Origin: a virus
IMG/VR virus record: IMGVR_UViG_3300017914_002709
Span: 20,698-84,697 of that record
DNA length: 64,000 nucleotides
Reading direction: 5' to 3' (one strand)
Part shown: positions 56,964 through 64,000 of the stretch, one piece after another
Numbering within the stretch: the stretch's first letter is position 1
Layout: the number at the start of each line of letters is the position of its first letter
Program-made: the position numbers and the translations under genes
The notes under the pieces: generated by a model
Told to the model about the DNA's origin: nothing
Databases searched by the model: none
Seen by the model: the letters and a program-made list of their open reading frames with translations, nothing else

Positions 56964-58280
56964 ATGTTTGACATTGTCTTTGTTGGTAAAAACATAGAAA
57001 ACTTTGAGGTTTTAAAGGAAAGATATCCTGTAGCAAAAAAAGCAAATTCGTTACAAGACGCACAAAAAATAAGTTTAACCAAGTTTGTGTGGATTGTTTG
57101 GGATGATGTACAAGTTGCTGAAGACTTTTTCTTTGACTATGTTCCTGATGAATGGAGCCAAGATGTAATTCATTTGTTCTTAAATGGAGAACATTATGAT
57201 GGCATTTGTCTTGTACCAAAATTTACACATATCAGTGATAAAGAAATTGATCATAGATTTTTTGTGCATAATAAAAAAGTAGACATAGTTGCAAGTACTC
57301 CTCATAAGTTTGAAGTATTCTATACAAACAAATACGAAGATTATTTACACGCACTTGAAGTCAGCAAATATGATATGTTTTGGATTGTACCAAACTATGT
57401 CAATCCTAGCAAGAGATTTAAATTTGATAGTTATTTTGGTCACTTAGGGCGCAATACAAACTATGCTTATTTAAATGGCAAATATCATGATGGTATTGTG
57501 TTGTGCAGTAAAAAAGCAAAGTTTAGTAGACGTGAATTTGATTATAAATTTATTGCAAATAAAAAAGAAATTGATGTTGTAATAAGTACACCAAATCCAT
57601 ATGATATTGTGTTTATCAGTTATCAAGAACCTAATGCAGATGAAAATTACGAACGTATTTTAAAACGTTTTCCAAATTGTAAACGTGTTCACGGAGTAAA
57701 AGGTATTCACCAAGCACACATTGAAGCAGCAAAACTTTGTGATACTGATATGTTTTGGATTATTGACGGCGATGCAATCATAGTTGATGATTTTAAATTT
57801 GATTATCAAGTTGCACGTTGGGACAAAGAATGTGTACATGTATGGCGTAGTCAAAATCCTATCAATGATATGGTATATGGGTATGGTGGTGTAAAGCTGT
57901 TTCCTACAGAATTGACTGTAAACATGGACACTAGCAAACCTGATATGACAACTAGTATTAGCAGCAAGTTCAAAGCAGTGCACGACATTAGTAATATTAC
58001 AGCATTCAACACAGATGAATTCAACAGTTTCAAAAGTGGTTTTAGAGAATGTTGTAAGTTATCTAGTAAAGTTATTGACAGACAAAAAGACGACGAAACA
58101 AATGAGCGTTTGCGCAAATGGTGTACAATTGGCATTGATAGGCCATTTGGCAAATATGCTATAGCAGGTGCAAAAGCAGGTGCAGCATATGGTGCAAGAC
58201 ATCAAGGCGATTTACAAGCATTGAAAATGATCAACGATTTTGATTGGTTAAAGGAGCAATTTGATAATGCAAACATTTGA
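56964..58280 (+). CDS. Glycosyltransferase-like protein with internally repeated GT-A-like domains
   Basis: C-terminal DIVFISYQEPNADENY...RVHGVKG...WIIDGDAII matches 25994; two degenerate N-terminal copies. Confidence 0.65.
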   Translation: MFDIVFVGKNIENFEVLKERYPVAKKANSLQDAQKISLTKFVWIVWDDVQVAEDFFFDYVPDEWSQDVIHLFLNGEHYDGICLVPKFTHISDKEIDHRFFVHNKKVDIVASTPHKFEVFYTNKYEDYLHALEVSKYDMFWIVPNYVNPSKRFKFDSYFGHLGRNTNYAYLNGKYHDGIVLCSKKAKFSRREFDYKFIANKKEIDVVISTPNPYDIVFISYQEPNADENYERILKRFPNCKRVHGVKGIHQAHIEAAKLCDTDMFWIIDGDAIIVDDFKFDYQVARWDKECVHVWRSQNPINDMVYGYGGVKLFPTELTVNMDTSKPDMTTSISSKFKAVHDISNITAFNTDEFNSFKSGFRECCKLSSKVIDRQKDDETNERLRKWCTIGIDRPFGKYAIAGAKAGAAYGARHQGDLQALKMINDFDWLKEQFDNANI

Positions 58281-59334
58281 ACTGTTAGATAGATTTGAAT
58301 TGTTATATCCAACAAATAGCAAATTATCTGATTTGCGCAGAACATACATTGATCAAGATATAAGCAGTCTGTTTAGACTTACAAACACAGATGACGAATT
58401 GCGTAAAGCTATAATTGAAAAAAATTTACATAGCATCTTTAGGCTTGTACCTGACACAGTCAAAGGCAATACCGAAGATTTGAGAAAAGCTGTGCTTGAA
58501 CAAAATTTACACAGTATATTTAGGTTAGTAGATAACGAAGAATTACGTAAAGCAGTTGTAGAAGACAATCTACACAGTATTTTTAGATTGTGCAATGATG
58601 AAGATTTAAGGAAACTTGTTTTAGAAGATAATATTTGGAAACTTTGGCCACTTCTTGAACGCTATACAGATACACAATTTGTAGCAGCATTTAAAAGTTT
58701 TTTTGTTAATAATATAGATATTGACAAAGATTGCTTCAGTAGAGGACAATTACAAAGTAAATTGTGGCTAGTAGAAGAACTTAAAAAACATGATATTGAT
58801 TTAGGTACAGTATTTTTATGTGCCGGTTGGTATGCTACACTTGCTACTATGTTATTTGAAAGCGGCATAAAAATTGATAAAATACGCAGCTTTGATATTG
58901 ATGCAAACTGTGCTAATATTGCTGAAACATTTAATAAAAAATGGTTTATAGACGATTGGCGTTTCAAAGCTAGTACAATAGATATAATGGATTTTGAATG
59001 GTCTGAAAAGCCTGCTCCAAGCGATAGTACAATAGGAAATTTTTATTATATGACAGAAGCCAAGGGCAAACAAGTACAAATGAAAGACTGCCCAGATACT
59101 ATCATAAACACTAGTTGTGAGCACATACATAATTTTAAAGAGTGGTATGCAAATATACCAGAAGGTAAACTAGTAGTGTTGCAAAGCAATGATTACTTTG
59201 ATGTTGAAGAACATGTAAATTGTGTAAATAATGTTTATGAGTTTAAAAAAATGGCACCTATGACCACATTATTATATATGGGTATGAGAGAATTGCCTAA
59301 ATACACAAGGTTTATGTTAATTGGATATAAATGA
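58267..59334 (+). CDS. Class I SAM methyltransferase with N-terminal tandem helical repeats
   Basis: FSRGQLQSKLWL, LCAGWY, SFDID, INTSCEH (paralogue of 40570); start MQTF at 58267. Confidence 0.75.
   Translation: MQTFELLDRFELLYPTNSKLSDLRRTYIDQDISSLFRLTNTDDELRKAIIEKNLHSIFRLVPDTVKGNTEDLRKAVLEQNLHSIFRLVDNEELRKAVVEDNLHSIFRLCNDEDLRKLVLEDNIWKLWPLLERYTDTQFVAAFKSFFVNNIDIDKDCFSRGQLQSKLWLVEELKKHDIDLGTVFLCAGWYATLATMLFESGIKIDKIRSFDIDANCANIAETFNKKWFIDDWRFKASTIDIMDFEWSEKPAPSDSTIGNFYYMTEAKGKQVQMKDCPDTIINTSCEHIHNFKEWYANIPEGKLVVLQSNDYFDVEEHVNCVNNVYEFKKMAPMTTLLYMGMRELPKYTRFMLIGYK
58327..58647 (+). repeat. Five ~21-27-aa tandem repeats (LRKAxxExNLHSIFRL)
   Basis: LRRTYIDQDISSLFRL, LRKAIIEKNLHSIFRL, LRKAVLEQNLHSIFRL, LRKAVVEDNLHSIFRL, LRKLVLEDNIWKLW. 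Confidence 0.9.
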
Positions 59335-59545
59335 TTTAGACATGAGACAGTTGCAAAAAGAAAGTGCAAGAGCTCTTAGTACCATGCAAGCAACAAACAA
59401 CAACATTTGGCAGTTTAATAAACGTGCTCATCACAATAGTCAAAATTGGTACAAGGCTGTTATTGAATGGTATGTAGAACAGTATGGCGATTTGCCTAGT
59501 AAAGTTGGCCCTGGTAAGGATGTAAAGTTAATATACGATGTATAA
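59321..59545 (+). CDS. Hypothetical 74-aa protein
   Basis: Fills the gap between the methyltransferase and radical SAM genes, overlapping both; start TTG 59321 or ATG 59342. Confidence 0.55.
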   Translation: MDINDLDMRQLQKESARALSTMQATNNNIWQFNKRAHHNSQNWYKAVIEWYVEQYGDLPSKVGPGKDVKLIYDV

Positions 59546-60617
59546 GTATGAAGATATACGTGTAGTTCATTTAGAAAACACTCAAAACTGTCAAGCAAGT
59601 TGTCCTATGTGTGATAGGAATCAAAATGGCGGCGATTTAAATCCACACATTGATCTCAGTGAGCTCACACTTGAAGATTGCAAACGCATCTTTGAACCAG
59701 AGTTTATCAAACAATTGAAAACAATGTATATGTGTGGCAACTTAGGAGATCCGATTGTTGCACGAGATACACTAGAGATATTCAAATACTTTAGAGAGCA
59801 TAATGCAGACATGTGGCTCTCAATGAATACAAACGCAGGAGCAAAAAGTGTTGAATGGTGGAAAGAACTTGCCCAAGTCTTGGGTAGAATGGGTGCTGTT
59901 ATTTTTAGTGTGGATGGTCTTAGTGACACTAATCATTTATACAGGCAGGGTGTTGTCTGGGACAATGTAGAACGCAACATGCGAGCGTTTATAGATGCAG
60001 GAGGTAGAGCACGTTGGGACTACTTGATTTTTGAACACAATCAACACCAAGTTGAAGAAGCAGAAGCATTGGCAAATGCTTGGGGCTGTGAAAAATTTAT
60101 GAAAAAGAAAACTGGTAGGTTTGTAAATGCAAAAAGCGAAAAGAAAGAATCGCATCAAGCAGTAAATCGCAAAGGTGAAAAGACTGCTGAACTTAAAAAG
60201 CCAGATGAAAAATACCAAAACAAAGCACTCACAAAACAAGATGCATTGTTAGAAAAATATGGTAGCATGGATGCATATTATGATGTAGTGCCTATCAACT
60301 GCAAAGTAAAAGACGAAGGCAGTTTGTTTATTACAGCAGAAGGACTTGCTATGCCGTGTTGTTGGACTGCTGGACGCATGTACAAATGGTGGCATCGAGA
60401 TCCTAAAGTAGAACAAATTTGGAATTATATTGACAGTGCAGGCGGTAAGGATGCAGTTAGTGCAAAGAAACACGGTTTACGTGCAGTATTTGACACAGGC
60501 ATATTTGATGACATAGAAAGCAGTTGGCACACAAAAGGTTGTGATAATGGCAAACTCAAAGTTTGCAGTATGAAATGTGGGATCGAGTTTGATCCTTTTG
60601 CAGAACAGTTCAAATAA
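59538..60617 (+). CDS. Radical SAM enzyme, subfamily C
   Basis: HLENTQNCQASCPMC, CGNLGDP, NC...PCC...CSMKC. Confidence 0.9.
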   Translation: MYKYEDIRVVHLENTQNCQASCPMCDRNQNGGDLNPHIDLSELTLEDCKRIFEPEFIKQLKTMYMCGNLGDPIVARDTLEIFKYFREHNADMWLSMNTNAGAKSVEWWKELAQVLGRMGAVIFSVDGLSDTNHLYRQGVVWDNVERNMRAFIDAGGRARWDYLIFEHNQHQVEEAEALANAWGCEKFMKKKTGRFVNAKSEKKESHQAVNRKGEKTAELKKPDEKYQNKALTKQDALLEKYGSMDAYYDVVPINCKVKDEGSLFITAEGLAMPCCWTAGRMYKWWHRDPKVEQIWNYIDSAGGKDAVSAKKHGLRAVFDTGIFDDIESSWHTKGCDNGKLKVCSMKCGIEFDPFAEQFK

Positions 60618-60620
60618 GTA
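60615..60620 (+). promoter_or_regulatory. Late-type variant TAAGTA overlapping the stop codon
   Basis: TAAGTA, 7 nt, then ATG 60628. Confidence 0.4.
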
Positions 60621-60627
60621 GTACGTA

Positions 60628-62040
60628 ATGAAAGATAATACATACCCCTCAGATACATTTTGTTTATTACCTTGGGTTCATTTAAGCACAAGACCAGATG
60701 GTAGTATGCGTGTATGTTGTACAGCGAACGCAAGTAGTGTTGGTCCAACTAACGACAAAGAACATGGTGGCCAAGTAGGCATACTCAAAGACAACGAAGG
60801 ACGTCCTAACAACCTAAATGTTAGCGATTTTCAAACAGCATGGAATAGCGATTATATGAAAAATGTTCGCAAACAAATGCTCAATGGTGAAAAGCCACCT
60901 AGTTGTTTAAAGTGCTACAAAGAAGAAGCAGCAGGACATCGTAGCAAACGCATGTGGGAAACACGTTATTGGAGTGAGCGTGTTGATGTAGATAAGATAC
61001 TACAAGAAACAAATGAAGACGGCAGTGTGCCACCTAATCTAGCGTATATTGATTTGCGTTTTGGTACCAAGTGTCAGCTTGCTTGTGTTATGTGTAGCCC
61101 GCATGACAGTTCAGGTTGGATCAAAGATTGGAAGAAAATTTTTCCTGCTGTTGAAAATGCAAGTCTCAAAGAAATTATGCAATGGGATAACAAAGGCAGT
61201 ACAAACGGCAGCAGCTACAATTGGCACAAACAAAATCCTGTGTTTTGGCAACAGTTTTATGAACAAATGCCAAGTATGCAACAAATTTATTTTGCAGGTG
61301 GCGAAAGTTTAATTATTGAAGAACACTATGAAATACTTGAACACGCAATCGAAATGGGATACGCAAAAGATCTTGAGCTACGTTATAACAGCAACGGAGT
61401 AGAATGGCGTGAAGATCTGTTTGATTTGTGGAAAGAGTTTAAACTTGTTAGATTCCATTACAGCATTGACAGCATCAAAGAAATGAATGACTATATTCGT
61501 TACCCTAGCAAATGGAAACGTCAAGAAGAAGTATTTCATTTGCTAGATACACAGACAAGTAACAATGTAGAAGTTACAATTGCTTGTGCAGTACAGGCAT
61601 TGAATGTGTATTACTTGCCAGATTTTATACAATGGAAACTTGAACAAAAATTTAACAAGATCAATATGTGGCCGTTTGGTGCAGGAGGGATCAGTCAGCA
61701 TTTTGTATATTGGCCTGCCCATCTAAATGTAAAAGTATTACCTACATGGTTCAAAGAAGAATGTCGTCGCAAGTACGAAGCATGGTATCCTTGGTGGGAA
61801 GAAAATTGGGAACTTGGTATTCCAAGTTGGCACAAGGGTAAAGTTTCTTATGAAGACTGGCGTAGTGCTGATTATGGTATTAAACGGTTAGATGGTATTT
61901 TAAATTTTATGGACAGCGAAGACTGGAGCCAACGTTTGCCTGAAATGCAAGAGTTTTTGAATTTATGCGATAGCCAAAGAGGTATAACGTTTGCTGAAAC
62001 ATTTCCTGAAATGAAAGATATCTTTGATGGAGACCGTTGA
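60628..62040 (+). CDS. Radical SAM enzyme, subfamily A
   Basis: FCLLPW...VCC...CLKC, CQLACVMC, AGGES, FPEM; closest to 41175. Confidence 0.9.
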   Translation: MKDNTYPSDTFCLLPWVHLSTRPDGSMRVCCTANASSVGPTNDKEHGGQVGILKDNEGRPNNLNVSDFQTAWNSDYMKNVRKQMLNGEKPPSCLKCYKEEAAGHRSKRMWETRYWSERVDVDKILQETNEDGSVPPNLAYIDLRFGTKCQLACVMCSPHDSSGWIKDWKKIFPAVENASLKEIMQWDNKGSTNGSSYNWHKQNPVFWQQFYEQMPSMQQIYFAGGESLIIEEHYEILEHAIEMGYAKDLELRYNSNGVEWREDLFDLWKEFKLVRFHYSIDSIKEMNDYIRYPSKWKRQEEVFHLLDTQTSNNVEVTIACAVQALNVYYLPDFIQWKLEQKFNKINMWPFGAGGISQHFVYWPAHLNVKVLPTWFKEECRRKYEAWYPWWEENWELGIPSWHKGKVSYEDWRSADYGIKRLDGILNFMDSEDWSQRLPEMQEFLNLCDSQRGITFAETFPEMKDIFDGDR

Positions 62041-63052
62041 TTCTAATAACATAAAACAGATACAAATTGATGTTACAAGTTATTGTAACAGTTTCTGTGG
62101 ATCTTGTATTAGAAATATCAACGGCGGTCCAGTAAATCCTATGGTAAAACTACAACATATGCCTTGGGACATTTGGAAGAAAATTGTTGATTTTTGTTCT
62201 GAGACCACAGTGGATAGATTATCTTTCAATGGTAACTACGGAGACTTATCTAATCATCCTGATATTATAGAAATGTTTGAGTATTTGCATACTAAAAATC
62301 CAAACACAATTTTAAATATTCACACAAACGGAGGCGCACGAAATACAACTTTTTGGAAAGACTTGGCAAAAGTTGTAGGTAAATTTCCATCTTCGTATGT
62401 GACTTTTAGTATTGATGGTCTTAAAGATACAAATCACATCTATCGTAGAGGTGTTGATTTTGATAGAATAATGGAAAATGCAGCAGCATATATTTCTGCA
62501 GATGGAGAAGCAAGATGGAGGATGATTGTATTTGATCATAACAAACATCAGTTACAAGAAGCAAGAGACACTGCAAAACAAATGGGCTTTTTTGCTTTTA
62601 GCTTAAATCGCAGTTACTCTACTGAATTACAAGTTGATGCATACAAAGAATTTCCGCAGGCTAATATTACTGCTCCAACTGCTGCTGAAGTAAATTCTCT
62701 TAGGAAAGAATACGAATATACAAATTATTTGCCAAAGAATTCTAATGTAATAAATTATGATGATTATCCTAAATTAGATACTAAATGTCCTTGGGCAGAG
62801 TTACTACAAATTCAAATAAACCAATTAGGTGAAGTATGGCCATGTTGTTATCTAAGTTTTTCTTCTGGAATGGCATCAAGATATAGATTTAAATATTTTG
62901 ACGAGAAAGCAGAACTGTATGGAAAGCATTTTAACAATTTAAATTACTATGATTTGAAAGATATAGTTGATCATGATTTTTTCCAAAAAGATTTACCGTA
63001 CTCTTGGGAGCATAGTTTGCTAGGTATTTGTACGCAAAAGTGCGGAGTATAA
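62024..63052 (+). CDS. Radical SAM enzyme, subfamily C
   Basis: QIDVTSYCNSFCGSC, NGNYGD, KC...PCC...CTQKC. Confidence 0.9.
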   Translation: MMETVDSNNIKQIQIDVTSYCNSFCGSCIRNINGGPVNPMVKLQHMPWDIWKKIVDFCSETTVDRLSFNGNYGDLSNHPDIIEMFEYLHTKNPNTILNIHTNGGARNTTFWKDLAKVVGKFPSSYVTFSIDGLKDTNHIYRRGVDFDRIMENAAAYISADGEARWRMIVFDHNKHQLQEARDTAKQMGFFAFSLNRSYSTELQVDAYKEFPQANITAPTAAEVNSLRKEYEYTNYLPKNSNVINYDDYPKLDTKCPWAELLQIQINQLGEVWPCCYLSFSSGMASRYRFKYFDEKAELYGKHFNNLNYYDLKDIVDHDFFQKDLPYSWEHSLLGICTQKCGV

Positions 63053-64000
63053 ATGACACGGTGTTGGCTTGCAGAAACACATTTGGCAATAAATCCAAAA
63101 GGACAAGTTGGCACTTGTTGTAGAACTGTGGGTAAAACTAAAGATTTGTATCTAGAATCACAAACAATAAGTCAAGTATTTGATAATACAAAATTGCAAG
63201 ATATCCGAAATAATTTACGCAACGGAATCAAAATAAAAGATTGTAACAAATGCTGGTTTGAGGAACAAAACTCAAGTAGAGAAAGCATGAGACAATACAG
63301 CAATAAAGACAAAGATTTTGCAGTGTTAGATCAATTGAAAGGTGCTGAACTAATACATAGTTTAGAAATTGCATTTAGCAATCATTGTAATTATAGATGT
63401 AGACATTGCAGCTCTCTAAGTAGCAGCAAATGGTATAAAGAAGACAAGTTACTTGGACGTCCTGTAGATGAAAAAACATTACTTGAACCAGATATATCAA
63501 CATTTAACATTGAAGAACTAAAAAATTTAAACTATGTAAAGTTATTAGGAGGTGAACCTTTAATAAACAAAAATCATGATAGGTTTTTGAAAAAGTTAGA
63601 TTCTATGGGTATCTTAGAAAATTTATCATTAGAATATGTCACTAATGGTAGTGTATGGCCATCAGAAGATATTGTTACTTTATGGAAAAAAGCAAAAAGC
63701 CTACGCTTTGTAATCAGTTTAGATGATGTAGAAGATCAATTTGATTATTTTAGAACAGACGGCAATTTTACAACAGTAAAAGAAAACATAGACAGATTTA
63801 CTAGATTGTATTTGGATAATAGAAAACAAGTATTACTTGGATTTCATTGTGTGGTAAATGCGTTAAATTTAAGACGAATGTCGTATATTGTAAAATATAT
63901 GAATTATCATTTTCCGCATTGGCAATACACGTTTGACAAAATAAAAACACCAGAATATCTACGAGCTTCGCAATGGAGTATAACTTATGGCAAAGAACAA
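63053..64000 (+). CDS. Radical SAM enzyme, subfamily A, 3'-truncated (absent from ORF track)
   Basis: Translated by hand: MTRCWLAETHLAINPKGQVGTCC...CNKCW...LEIAFSNHCNYRCRHC...LLGGEPL; open to the window end. Confidence 0.9.
   Translation, partial: MTRCWLAETHLAINPKGQVGTCCRTVGKTKDLYLESQTISQVFDNTKLQDIRNNLRNGIKIKDCNKCWFEEQNSSRESMRQYSNKDKDFAVLDQLKGAELIHSLEIAFSNHCNYRCRHCSSLSSSKWYKEDKLLGRPVDEKTLLEPDISTFNIEELKNLNYVKLLGGEPLINKNHDRFLKKLDSMGILENLSLEYVTNGSVWPSEDIVTLWKKAKSLRFVISLDDVEDQFDYFRTDGNFTTVKENIDRFTRLYLDNRKQVLLGFHCVVNALNLRRMSYIVKYMNYHFPHWQYTFDKIKTPEYLRASQWSITYGKEQ

Larger units (their letters stand above)
1..64000. mobile_element. Segment of a large tailed phage genome (myovirus-like): tail/baseplate module plus enzyme island
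   Basis: Baseplate-wedge-like, tail-collar and fibre genes; T4-late-type TAAATA elements; tightly packed overlapping ORFs; no bacterial housekeeping genes. Confidence 0.92.

Noticed and set aside
58327-58647. CRISPR-like or non-coding DNA repeat array
   Set aside because: Repeats are in frame, vary at synonymous positions and lack unique spacers; they are protein repeats
937-62548. Dozens of 60-165-aa ORFs antisense to or nested in the long genes
   Set aside because: They are shadows of well-supported coding frames, with no motifs or independent start signals
26917-64000. Classical RiPP (ranthipeptide/sactipeptide-type) biosynthetic cluster
   Set aside because: No Cys-rich or leader-bearing precursor, RRE domain, peptidase or exporter seen; sugar-pathway enzymes dominate
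1-64000. Eukaryotic giant virus (NCLDV) or bacterial chromosomal origin
   Set aside because: Tail-collar, baseplate and fibre genes, SD motifs, sigma70 promoters and T4-late-type boxes point to a tailed phage; no NCLDV core or cellular housekeeping genes
1-64000. tRNA, rRNA or structured ncRNA genes and intrinsic terminators
   Set aside because: Intergenic gaps are at most about 50 nt and I found no cloverleaf or GC-rich hairpin with a U-tract; tRNAscan/Infernal were not run

Overview
This window is a 64-kb, AT-rich segment of a large tailed (myovirus-like) phage genome. The evidence is baseplate and tail-fibre genes, T4-late-type TAAATA elements and sigma70-type promoters. It has two parts. 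(1) 1-23.4 kb is a + strand virion module: a 5'-truncated baseplate-wedge-like gene, a 4572-aa multidomain structural protein, three paralogous fibre-like proteins and two further paralogues. (2) 23.4-64 kb is a dense enzyme island that runs off the window end. It holds 15 radical SAM enzymes in three paralogous subfamilies (one missed by the ORF track), 4 GT-A-like and 3 GT10-like glycosyltransferases, 3 SGNH-like proteins, an amidinotransferase, a short DegT aminotransferase, an NDP-sugar dehydratase, 2 methyltransferases, 3 Fe(II)/2OG-like oxygenases, a QueC-like ATPase, a Trp-halogenase-like flavoprotein, 2 kinase-fold-like proteins and a repeat fibre-like protein. My leading hypothesis (inference) is a phage-encoded pathway that builds and heavily tailors a glycan or other modification for virion proteins. 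All family calls come from motifs read by eye; no database search was run.
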